Below are positions 8,222 through 16,922 of a DNA stretch of 64,000 bases, piece after piece. The number at the start of each line of letters is the position of its first letter. Position 1 is the first letter of the stretch. Location: contig JAZLLY010000016.1 in the NCBI GenBank assembly GCA_045598385.1, positions 68,064-132,063 of the forward strand, read 5' to 3'. The notes under the pieces are model-generated. The model did no database searches. It saw nothing but the letters and a program-made list of their open reading frames with translations, and was not told where the DNA came from. The DNA is from Eubacteriales bacterium (GTDB taxonomy: Bacteria > Bacillota > Clostridia > Oscillospirales > CAG-272). Position numbers and translations under genes: made by a program.

Positions 8222-8698
8222 ATGAAAAACAAAACAAAAGTTTATATCCTGTCAATTCTGATTCCCCTTGCCGTCGGAGGTGTGGCAACCCTCTGGACGA
8301 TGAAAAACATGGACCTGTTCGATACTATACGTCCGCCGATCGGACTGCCGCCGAAAATCCTCTTCCCTATCGTATGGACGATTTTATACGTTCTTATGGG
8401 TATCGCTTCCGCAAGGATCTATCTAAAAAAAGACGAAAATCCCGACGCGGTTGTTTCCGCTTTGACCGTTTACGCCATCAGTCTTGTCCTCAATTTGTTC
8501 TGGAATCCGATATTCTTTAATTTACGTGCGTTTTGGCTCGCGTTTGTCTGGCTTTTGATTTTGCTCGGAAGCATCATTATCACGTTTTTCAAATATAAGA
8601 GGATCGACAAAACCGCCGCGTATCTTTTGATTCCCTATTTGCTTTGGGTCACTTACGCAGGATATCTCACATTTGCCATCGCCGTTTTGAACACCTGA
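8222..8698 (+). CDS. tspO: TspO/MBR family tryptophan-rich sensory protein
   Basis: Five-TM, 158-aa protein with the typical W/P-rich motifs (PPxxLFPIVWTILYxLMG, WNPIFF). Confidence 0.85.
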   Translation: MKNKTKVYILSILIPLAVGGVATLWTMKNMDLFDTIRPPIGLPPKILFPIVWTILYVLMGIASARIYLKKDENPDAVVSALTVYAISLVLNLFWNPIFFNLRAFWLAFVWLLILLGSIIITFFKYKRIDKTAAYLLIPYLLWVTYAGYLTFAIAVLNT

Positions 8699-8716
8699 TT
8701 TCCGAAAGGATACGCT

Positions 8717-9484
8717 ATGAAGAAATTTGACGGACTGCTTCTCTGCTCCGACTGGGACGGAACGTTCTGTTCCGGCTCCTTGATACCCAAAGTCAACATC
8801 GACGCCGTGCGTTACTTTCAAGAAAACGGCGGACGCTTTACGATCGCGAGCGGAAGATTTCCGTCTTATCTTGACCCTTTTTTGAGCGACTTTCGTTTGA
8901 ATGCACCGCTGATCGCACTCAACGGCGCTCTGATCTACGATATGGAGACAAAAAAGCCGCTTTTTGAGGGTTTTCTGACGCCGGACGCATTTCTTCTTGC
9001 CGAAAAAATTATAAAAAAGCGTATTCCCTACAATGACGTCACGGTATATCATTCTCTTGCCGAGGGCGGTCAGACACAAACGTTTCTCCCGGATGATTTT
9101 CTGAATGAAATCCCCATGTTGTCAAAAGAAAAAATCTATAAAATCCTTTTGAAAACCGACACGGAAGAAAAGGCGGTCATCGGCCGAAAATATGCCGAAT
9201 CTCTCGGTTTTTCCGAATACGATACCGTCAGAAGTTGGAATATCAGTCTTGAGATCCTGAAAAAATCAAACAATAAATCTGCCGCAACATTATTTCTCAA
9301 AAAGCATCTGCAAGCCGATACGCTGATCTGTATCGGCGACTACGAGAACGACGTTTCCATGCTGAGAACCGCCGACGTTTCTTACGCCGTAAAAAACGCT
9401 GTCAATTCCGTGAAATGTGCTTGCACCCATACGACAGTTGACGTTGCCGACGGTGCTGTCGCAGACGTTATTTTTCATTTGTAA
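8717..9484 (+). CDS. Cof-type HAD-IIB family hydrolase (sugar-phosphatase-like)
   Basis: HAD motif I (SDWDGTF), motif III/IV (GDYENDVSML) and a Cof-like cap region. Confidence 0.8.
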   Translation: MKKFDGLLLCSDWDGTFCSGSLIPKVNIDAVRYFQENGGRFTIASGRFPSYLDPFLSDFRLNAPLIALNGALIYDMETKKPLFEGFLTPDAFLLAEKIIKKRIPYNDVTVYHSLAEGGQTQTFLPDDFLNEIPMLSKEKIYKILLKTDTEEKAVIGRKYAESLGFSEYDTVRSWNISLEILKKSNNKSAATLFLKKHLQADTLICIGDYENDVSMLRTADVSYAVKNAVNSVKCACTHTTVDVADGAVADVIFHL

Positions 9485-9504
9485 TCATGTCTTACAAAAG
9501 AAAA

Positions 9505-9530
9505 GCCGACTTTTTCAGTCGGCATTTTTC
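9505..9530. terminator. Terminator between convergent genes
   Basis: GCCGACT-TTTTC-AGTCGGC hairpin followed by ATTTTT, with an A-run upstream. Confidence 0.6.
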
Positions 9531-9534
9531 TTTA

Positions 9535-10464
9535 TCAATCTATATCCTCGACGACTTCCGTACGGACTTCATCGAGAAGTTTCGGATTCAAGAGATATCT
9601 CTTAATACGGCGGAACGCGGAAGCAAAATAATAGCCGTCACAAATACGTTCATCCGTCGTCACTTTAAGCGTAATAAAGTGATGGCGCTGACGGGAACCG
9701 TCGCGGGAAAGATACTCGCCGGAAAAGATATTTCCGAGAGCGATAAAGACCGGAACGTTTCCGAAATTGTAAAGATGATGATGGATAGCGGGAATACCGA
9801 TTGAACCGAGATGGGTGATAAACATTGATCCGTGGAACGGGCTGACTTTCAGAAGTGACTGAGGAATCAATCCGAGGTAATCCATACCATACAGGAATTT
9901 GATCGCGAACCGGAAAAGCGGTCGCGGCAATCTCTTCAGAAATCCGGCGGTATTGTCAAAACTCGTCGTTTCGCTTATGGCATTTTTCGCAACGAGCTGA
10001 AACTTTTTATAGACGTTTTCGACATTATCGCGGGGATCGAGTTCCACCTTGATGCAGGTTCCCTCCGATTCCAATGTCATTTCTTTTTTGATATCCATAC
10101 AGCACTCAATATTATTGCGCGCATAGATCCTCTGACCGGAAATAAAACGGTTGACACCGGGACGCTCTGCCACGACGCGGACGTAAGCGGCAAGAACGAC
10201 GTGTAAAAGCGTCATATCGGTATAACCCGCCTTGTGCTTTTCATCGAGATAATTTTCAATGGCGGTGATATCGAGGACATCTTCAAAATGGTTCTGAGAA
10301 TCGGAACGTTCCCGCATAATAAATGGAATGACATAGTTCATCGAAGGCAACGTGCGGATTCGTCTTCCGTCTTTTCTGTCACCGATTTTTCTTTTGCGCT
10401 TTTTATATGCGGGTGTATCGTATGTAACGATATTATCGTATCTATTGTCAATAATGGTATCCAT
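9535..10464 (-). CDS. Stand-alone 2-oxoacid dehydrogenase E2 / CAT-like acyltransferase-fold protein
   Basis: The C-terminal motif ITLKVTTDERICDGYYFASAF aligns with the DHRxxDG / HHAVCDG signature of E2 and CAT, but the His is replaced by Glu. The N-terminus is basic (KKRKRKIGDRKDGRR). Confidence 0.65.
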   Translation of the reverse strand: MDTIIDNRYDNIVTYDTPAYKKRKRKIGDRKDGRRIRTLPSMNYVIPFIMRERSDSQNHFEDVLDITAIENYLDEKHKAGYTDMTLLHVVLAAYVRVVAERPGVNRFISGQRIYARNNIECCMDIKKEMTLESEGTCIKVELDPRDNVENVYKKFQLVAKNAISETTSFDNTAGFLKRLPRPLFRFAIKFLYGMDYLGLIPQSLLKVSPFHGSMFITHLGSIGIPAIHHHLYNFGNVPVFIALGNIFSGEYLSRDGSRQRHHFITLKVTTDERICDGYYFASAFRRIKRYLLNPKLLDEVRTEVVEDID

Positions 10465-10526
10465 TATTCTATCCCCTTATTTAGGTTTGCAGTGCCATTT
10501 TACCACATTCCAAACAATTTGTCAAG

Positions 10527-10556
10527 AAAAAAACGGGAACCGCCAAGGCGGTTCCC
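10527..10556 (-). terminator. Terminator after the EF-G paralog
   Basis: Perfect 10-bp stem (GGGAACCGCC-AA-GGCGGTTCCC) followed by T7 on the minus strand. Confidence 0.75.
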
Positions 10557-10580
10557 TATTTATAATAAATATTTAGGGTG

Positions 10581-12656
10581 TTAAGCGTTCTGCGAAGCTT
10601 CCTGAATGATTTTTTCCGCGACGGAAGAGGGGACTTCTTCGTATCGGACGAAATTATAATCAAAGGATCCTCTTCCCTGTGTAGCCGCTCTGAGAACGAT
10701 GACGTAATCCATCATTTCCGCAGCGGGTACTTCGGCGGTGATACACTGATAACCGTCCGGCTTTTCGCACGCTTCGATACCCATAACGCGTCCGCGGCGC
10801 TTGTTCAGATCGCCCATGACGTCGCCGACGTAGGAATCGGGTACGTAAACTTTCAGTTCGCCCACCGGCTCGAGAAGAATGGGATTTGCTCTCGGAAGAC
10901 CGTCTTTATATGCAAGAGCGGCTGCGAGTTTGAACGATATTTCATTGGAATCCACGTCGTGATAAGAACCGTCGTAAAGATCTGCCGCAAGGTGTACCAT
11001 CGGGAATCCCGCAAGAATACCTTTTGCCATACAATCCTTGAGTCCCTGTTCAACTGCCGGGAAGAAGTTTCTCGGAACCGCACCGCCGAAGACGCTTTCC
11101 GTAAAGCTCAGTCCCTCGTCTTCTCCGGGCGCAAAATGAATTTTAACATGACCGTACTGACCGGAACCGCCCGACTGTTTCTTATGTTTACCTTCGGCGT
11201 CGGCTTTTCCTTTGATGGTTTCACGGTAAGCGATCTTCGGTTTTGTAAGATCAACACCCGCACCGAAACGGCTCTTCAGCTTGCTGACGATGATGTCGAG
11301 ATGGATATCGCCGAGACCGGAGATGGTAAGCTGCTTCGTCTCACTGTTATTCAGATAAGCAAGCGTAAGGTCTTCTTCGAGCAGTCTCGCGATGCCGCCG
11401 GAGATCTTATCTTCATCGCCTTTGGCTTTTGGCGTGATCGCCATGGTCAGATAAGGTTTCGGGAAATCAATAGTTTTATACCGATAATTCTCGGCAGAAT
11501 TCGTCAAAGTATCGTTTGTGTTCGTGTTGACAAGTTTCGACGTAACACCGATATCACCGCAGGCGAGCTCGTCAATTTCAATCTGTTTCTTTCCGATCAT
11601 GGTAAAGAGCTTATTGATCTTTTCGTTCGATCCCGTGGTGGTGTTGCGAAGAACGTCATCTTTTTTGAGATTGCCGTTCATGACCTTGAAGAAGGACATT
11701 TTTCCGACGAAAGGATCGGCAACCGTCTTGAAAACAAACAGCGAAGTCGTGGAACTCTCTCTGTCGATCGGAAGTTCTGCGAAAGATCCGTCGGCTTTCA
11801 CGATGGTCTCATTCTTTCTTGCCGTAGGACGCGGGAAAGAATCGGCGATCGTATCAAGAAGGGTTTTGATACCCCAGTTCTTAATGGCGGAACCGCAGAA
11901 GACGGGGACGATATCGCCGTGAATAATACCCTCATGGAGTGCCTCGAGAGATTCTTCCTTCGTAATCGTCTCTCCGTTGAAATATTTATCAAGAAGCTCG
12001 TCTGAGGTCTGTGCGATGGCTTCAATGAACATATCATGGAATTCCGTGAAAACGTCGTTGAATTTTTCGGGAATATCGCTGCGCTTGTAATCGCCGTTTT
12101 CATACATGAACATACACATTTCGACGAGATTGGCAAAACCGGCAACTTCCGACCCGTCGATGATAGGAATCTGTACCGGGCAGACAGTTACACCGTATTT
12201 TTCGCGAAGTGCGTCGAATACTTTGCGGAAACGCGCTTCTCCGTCGTCAAAACGGTTGATAAAGAACGCTTTGGGAATACCCGCTTCCGTCGCAAGACGC
12301 CAGCCGAGCTCGGTACCGACCTGGATGCCGGACTTTCCGTCCACGACGATGATGGCGGCATCGGACGCACGCACACATTGACGTACCTCACCCTCAAAAT
12401 CAAAGAAACCGGGTGCGTCAAGAAGATTGATCTTGGCATCTTTCCATTCTACAGGAGCCAGCGAAGCCGAAATGGAATATCCGCGCTTGATCTCTTCGGG
12501 ATCAAAATCGGAAACGGTATTTCCGTTCGTGACGTTTCCCAAACGATCGGTTGCTTTCGATATATATAACATGGACTCGGCAAGAGACGTCTTTCCTCCT
12601 CCGCTATGTCCGAGAAGCGCGACGTTTCTGATTTGTTTCGTGCCGTATTTTTGCAT
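10581..12656 (-). CDS. Elongation factor G paralog (EF-G2-like) with a non-canonical GTPase centre
   Basis: Full five-domain EF-G architecture (691 aa). P-loop GHSGGGKT and domain IV SGGSGQYGHV are present, but G3 reads DAPGFFDF and G4 reads NRFD. Confidence 0.85.
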   Translation of the reverse strand: MQKYGTKQIRNVALLGHSGGGKTSLAESMLYISKATDRLGNVTNGNTVSDFDPEEIKRGYSISASLAPVEWKDAKINLLDAPGFFDFEGEVRQCVRASDAAIIVVDGKSGIQVGTELGWRLATEAGIPKAFFINRFDDGEARFRKVFDALREKYGVTVCPVQIPIIDGSEVAGFANLVEMCMFMYENGDYKRSDIPEKFNDVFTEFHDMFIEAIAQTSDELLDKYFNGETITKEESLEALHEGIIHGDIVPVFCGSAIKNWGIKTLLDTIADSFPRPTARKNETIVKADGSFAELPIDRESSTTSLFVFKTVADPFVGKMSFFKVMNGNLKKDDVLRNTTTGSNEKINKLFTMIGKKQIEIDELACGDIGVTSKLVNTNTNDTLTNSAENYRYKTIDFPKPYLTMAITPKAKGDEDKISGGIARLLEEDLTLAYLNNSETKQLTISGLGDIHLDIIVSKLKSRFGAGVDLTKPKIAYRETIKGKADAEGKHKKQSGGSGQYGHVKIHFAPGEDEGLSFTESVFGGAVPRNFFPAVEQGLKDCMAKGILAGFPMVHLAADLYDGSYHDVDSNEISFKLAAALAYKDGLPRANPILLEPVGELKVYVPDSYVGDVMGDLNKRRGRVMGIEACEKPDGYQCITAEVPAAEMMDYVIVLRAATQGRGSFDYNFVRYEEVPSSVAEKIIQEASQNA

Positions 12657-12808
12657 AAGAAAAACCTCCGATATCTATTGTCTCTGATTTATGGGGAATG
12701 CCCATATATTGATTATAATAGATATCGAAGGTGATTGCAATTATTCTTTTATAATAAATATTGTATTCATGTAGAACTTTCGAGACGATCTTTGTAAAAT
12801 ATGCACAA

Positions 12809-14170
12809 TTATTTGTGGGATATCAGAAGAAGCGCCTCGTAAATATTGGATATTCCGCAAAGTTTGACGCCGTCGGGCACGGAAAGTTTGCCGTTAAGAT
12901 TCTTTTTCGGCACGACGATGGTGGTAAAGCCGAGACGCACCGCCTCTTTCAGACGGTATACAAAATGAGAGACGGAACGGACTTCTCCGGAGAGACCGAT
13001 CTCGCCGAAAGCGATCAGATCATCCGGAACGATAAAATCGGAAATCCCTGAAATCAGAGCCATGGCAATCGAAAGATCCGCGCTCGGTTCGGAAAGGGTG
13101 ATGCCTCCTGCGACATTCAGATAGACGTCGTTTTCGTAAAACTTCAGCCCCATTCGCTTTTCAAGCACGGCGATGATCAATCCCATTCGGCTGTAATCAA
13201 AACCGACGGCAGTCCTCTTTGCGGATGGATAAGTGGTTTTGGCGACCAGCGCCTGGATCTCGGTGATGATGGGACGAGTTCCCTGCATAACGCAGCCGGC
13301 ACAGGAACCGCTCGTATTTTTCGGTCTTTCCGCCATCACGACTTCGCTCGGGTTCGGGATCTCGACCAGACCTTCGTCACCCATCTCAAAAACGCCGATT
13401 TCGTTCGTAGAGCCGAATCGGTTTTTTATCGCGCGGATGATGCGATAGGAATTGGTTCTTTCACCTTCAAAGTACAGAACGGCATCGACCATGTGTTCAA
13501 GCATTTTCGGACCGGAAATGCCGCCCTCTTTGTTCACGTGACCGACAAGAAAGACAGCGGCACCGTTTGTTTTGGCGTAAGAAATGAGCGCGGCCGCGCC
13601 TTCCCTTACCTGCGTCATACTGCCGGGTGCCGACGGGAATCGGTCGGAAGAAAGCGTCTGAACAGAATCCATGACGATTACGTCGGGTTTTTGTTCGTTA
13701 CATTCACCGATAATGCTTTCAAGATCGTTCTCGGTGAAAAGAAAAATGTTTTCACCGAGGATATGCAGTCTTTCGGCTCGAAGTTTCAATTGTCCTTTCG
13801 ATTCCTCTCCGGAAACATAAAGAACCTTGCGCGTCTTTGATAATTCCGCACAGATCTGCAAAAGCAAAGTGGATTTTCCGATTCCCGGCTCACCGGAAAG
13901 CAAAACGACGGAACTGTCAACGAGACCTCCGCCGAGCACACGGTCAAGCTCTTCCATGCCCGTTTTTGTTCTCATATATTCCGGAAGCGTCAAATTTGAA
14001 AAGGATTCGGCGTGAGAAGTCGAAATCACCGCGCGTTTCACCGCTTTTTCTTCCGGGATTTCCACTTCGTCAAAAGAGTTCCAGGACCCGCAGTCCGGGC
14101 ATTTTCCGAGCCAGCGGATACTTGTCGCGCCGCATTCACGGCATACAAAGGAGATTTTCGGTGCTTTCAT
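12809..14170 (-). CDS. radA: DNA repair protein RadA/Sms
   Basis: N-terminal zinc ribbon (CxxC..CxxC), RecA-like Walker A (GEPGIGKST), KNRFG motif and a Lon-like C-terminal domain. Confidence 0.95.
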   Translation of the reverse strand: MKAPKISFVCRECGATSIRWLGKCPDCGSWNSFDEVEIPEEKAVKRAVISTSHAESFSNLTLPEYMRTKTGMEELDRVLGGGLVDSSVVLLSGEPGIGKSTLLLQICAELSKTRKVLYVSGEESKGQLKLRAERLHILGENIFLFTENDLESIIGECNEQKPDVIVMDSVQTLSSDRFPSAPGSMTQVREGAAALISYAKTNGAAVFLVGHVNKEGGISGPKMLEHMVDAVLYFEGERTNSYRIIRAIKNRFGSTNEIGVFEMGDEGLVEIPNPSEVVMAERPKNTSGSCAGCVMQGTRPIITEIQALVAKTTYPSAKRTAVGFDYSRMGLIIAVLEKRMGLKFYENDVYLNVAGGITLSEPSADLSIAMALISGISDFIVPDDLIAFGEIGLSGEVRSVSHFVYRLKEAVRLGFTTIVVPKKNLNGKLSVPDGVKLCGISNIYEALLLISHK

Positions 14171-14182
14171 GTATTTTTCCTA

Positions 14183-14917
14183 TCATTTTCCATTGATATA
14201 TTCTACTATACCACACACGATCGCAAAACTCAACTTTTTTTGGTAATCTTCATCTTTCAACTTCTGACATTCCGATTCATTTGACAGAAATCCGCATTCG
14301 ATCAGCACGGCTTCGTTAAGCGCGTTTTCGAGTACATAAATATCATTTCCCGACTTTACCTGCCTTTTATTATCATTTTGCAGATCGCGGACGACGGCGC
14401 TTTGAATCGAAGAAGCAAGCATTTGTGATTTTTCATTTTTCATTCCGTAATAAACCTGCAATCCCTCGCATTTTGACGAAGAAAACGAATTCATATGAAC
14501 GCTGACAAAAAGCCCATCCGGATACTCATCTGCGATCTTTACCCGATTTTTCAGATCCGATATTTTTCGTAATCCTTTCACATTTTCTTCTTCTCCGTAC
14601 AATAACGTGTCTGTCGTTCGCGTATAAACGACCGTAAACCCCTGATCCGAAAGCATCTGCCCGATCTTTACCGTCATTTGCAGATTCAGATCTTTTTCAT
14701 ACGTTCCGTCGGCTGCGACGGTCCCGGAATCCTCTCCGCCGTGTCCGGCATCCAGAACGATCACCCCAGCGCTTTTCGATTCAGCGTTTGCCGGCAAAAA
14801 CACATTGTTTTCATAAGTTAGAATATACGATCCGAAATAGAATACGAAAACAAGGATACTTAATACGGTAAGTAAAAAGAATGCTGATTTCTTGAATTTG
14901 AATGAATAGACGAACAT
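14183..14917 (-). CDS. cwlD: N-acetylmuramoyl-L-alanine amidase, CwlD-like (germination-specific)
   Basis: N-terminal TM segment plus an Amidase_3 domain (LDAGHGGEDSG ... SVHMNS ... ECGFLSN). Confidence 0.8.
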   Translation of the reverse strand: MFVYSFKFKKSAFFLLTVLSILVFVFYFGSYILTYENNVFLPANAESKSAGVIVLDAGHGGEDSGTVAADGTYEKDLNLQMTVKIGQMLSDQGFTVVYTRTTDTLLYGEEENVKGLRKISDLKNRVKIADEYPDGLFVSVHMNSFSSSKCEGLQVYYGMKNEKSQMLASSIQSAVVRDLQNDNKRQVKSGNDIYVLENALNEAVLIECGFLSNESECQKLKDEDYQKKLSFAIVCGIVEYINGK

Positions 14918-14970
14918 AAAAAACCTCCATACAGATAAATACTGTACGGAGGCAAAAAATATTTGTATTT

Positions 14971-15600
14971 TCAGGATTTTTTCGTAAATAGCCGGGCAAT
15001 TTTCACGTCGCGGAAACCGAATGCGTAACCGAGAACCGTGATCCCGACAGGATAAGCCGATAAAATTACATAACCGATCGAGGAGAAAAAGAAATAGAGC
15101 GGATCTTTATTATTAAGGAAAGAGAAGATCGCCTGTAATACTCCGGCATATTGAGAGGACGCGAGACGCAAAACAATATTGAAAAAGGATCCCCAATATT
15201 GCAAGGCGTCAATTTTGCTCAAAAGATAAATACCGTACAGCAAAAAGCAAATGAACGACAATACGATCTGCGGAAGTGTGGCAAAAACAGCGAGAAGGAT
15301 ACCTCTCTTCATCGTCTTTTTATTGGTACCGTTTATATTCACAGTCACGAACGGAATGAGTTTTCCGCTATCTGCTCTCACCTTATCTTTAGATCCCATT
15401 TCCCAAGCGGCAAGGTAAAGTAAAACGCCGAAAAAAGCAAGGGAAAACAACGATATAAAGAAATAGATCCGCAATCTTGAATGATCTGTCAGATCAAGTG
15501 CTTGAACGGCAAAGGAAAGGGATAAAGCAAAGATCGAGATACCGATCTGATTGACGAACAGTTTAGATATTTCATAGGAGTTTTCTTTAACAAACTTCAT
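14971..15600 (-). CDS. Hypothetical polytopic membrane protein
   Basis: A 209-aa ORF with about 5-6 hydrophobic segments. No motif recognised. Confidence 0.55.
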   Translation of the reverse strand: MKFVKENSYEISKLFVNQIGISIFALSLSFAVQALDLTDHSRLRIYFFISLFSLAFFGVLLYLAAWEMGSKDKVRADSGKLIPFVTVNINGTNKKTMKRGILLAVFATLPQIVLSFICFLLYGIYLLSKIDALQYWGSFFNIVLRLASSQYAGVLQAIFSFLNNKDPLYFFFSSIGYVILSAYPVGITVLGYAFGFRDVKIARLFTKKS

Positions 15601-15728
15601 ATACCGTCCTCCTGCCCTTTCATTTTACCATAAATATAGTTAAAAACAAGATGATTTTGAATTGTTTACAGTTTGTACAACATTTTCATTTTGGATTTTG
15701 TATAATGAACGTGAAAGAGGTGGTCAAG

Positions 15729-16742
15729 ATGTCCGTATTGACTTTCCAAAGCGAAGAATACAGGTGTTTTCCGAAAATACTGCAGGATTACGCTTCTTAC
15801 ATGACCGCTATACGCGGAAACGCAGAAAAAACGGTATGTGAATATCTTTTGGATCTTCGCACGTTTTTCCGTTATCTCAAAAGCGGAGGGATGCAGTCTT
15901 CCCTTTCTCCGCAGGACATGGAAAAGATCCCGATCGACGACGTTACACTCGATACTGTCAGCGCAGTTTCTCCGCAGACAATCATCGAATTTCTCATGTA
16001 TACGGCAACAGGACGCAAAAACGTTTCCACGACGAGAATGCGAAAACTCAGCGCGCTTCGCTCTTTTTTCGGATACTTGTTCAGCAAGAAACATCTGATC
16101 CCGAGTGATCCTACTGCGGATATCGAAGGCCCGAAGCCGAAAAAAGCGCTCCCGAAATACCTGAATTATGAAGAATGTATTCGTCTTCTCGACACCATAC
16201 GAGAAGATACGACGTCGAAAAACGCCGTTCGGGATTACGCGATCGTAACGCTTTTTCTGAATACCGGGATGCGTGTATCCGAACTCGTAGGGCTTGATAT
16301 CAGGCATTTCGATCAAGATTTTTCCAAAGTCAAAGTGCTCGGAAAAGGTAACAAGGAAAGAATGATATACCTCAACGACGCAGCCAAAGCGGCGATCCTT
16401 GAATATCTCCCCGAGAGGTTCACTCCGCCACTCGATAAAGCAAAGACCGACGCTCTGTTTCTGAGCGGACGCGAAGAGCGTATTTCCGTGAAGACTGTCC
16501 AATGGATGGTGTATAAATATCTTGATCTTTCAGGTCTCGGAAACCGTGGGCTTTCCGTTCACAAACTCCGTCATACTGCCGCAACTCTGATGTACCAGAG
16601 CGGAAAAGTTGACGTTCGTGTTCTGAAAGATATTCTCGGGCACGAGCAACTGAATACGACGCAGATCTATACGCACGTCGTAAACCGTAACATCGAAGAA
16701 GCCGTCGCGAACAATCCTCTCGCCGATTTTAACAAAAAATAA
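15729..16742 (+). CDS. Tyrosine recombinase, XerC/XerD family
   Basis: SAM-like N-terminal domain and the catalytic R..HxxR..Y set (GMRVSE, HKLRHTAAT, GHEQLNTTQIYTHV). Start moved to the ATG at 15729, which follows AGAGGTGG. Confidence 0.85.
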   Translation: MSVLTFQSEEYRCFPKILQDYASYMTAIRGNAEKTVCEYLLDLRTFFRYLKSGGMQSSLSPQDMEKIPIDDVTLDTVSAVSPQTIIEFLMYTATGRKNVSTTRMRKLSALRSFFGYLFSKKHLIPSDPTADIEGPKPKKALPKYLNYEECIRLLDTIREDTTSKNAVRDYAIVTLFLNTGMRVSELVGLDIRHFDQDFSKVKVLGKGNKERMIYLNDAAKAAILEYLPERFTPPLDKAKTDALFLSGREERISVKTVQWMVYKYLDLSGLGNRGLSVHKLRHTAATLMYQSGKVDVRVLKDILGHEQLNTTQIYTHVVNRNIEEAVANNPLADFNKK

Positions 16743-16752
16743 TAAACGAAAA

Positions 16753-16778
16753 GCTGCCGCAAAACGCGGCAGTTTTTT
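16753..16778 (+). terminator. Terminator after the recombinase gene
   Basis: CTGCCGC-AAAAC-GCGGCAG hairpin followed by T6. Confidence 0.7.
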
Positions 16779-16828
16779 ATTGAAAGAGATGAAACTTCAA
16801 GGAAACTTTTTATATTCACGATTACATA

Positions 16829-16857
16829 TTGACATATACAATATAATGTGTTATAGT
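16829..16857 (+). promoter_or_regulatory. Sigma-A promoter of the decarboxylase operon
   Basis: TTGACA, 17 nt, then TATAGT with a TGn extended -10. Confidence 0.5.
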
Positions 16858-16922
16858 GTATTTGGTGAAAGTTGGACTAAAATCAAAAAGTACCTTTTAC
16901 AAAAGAAACCGAAAGGAGAGAT

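Noticed and set aside
15729-16742. The tyrosine recombinase as a marker of an integrated mobile element.
   Set aside because: It has the XerC/XerD-type domain layout and is flanked by core genes (cwlD, radA, the decarboxylase operon). I saw no flanking direct repeats, cargo genes or compositional shift. A chromosomal Xer-type recombinase is the simpler reading.
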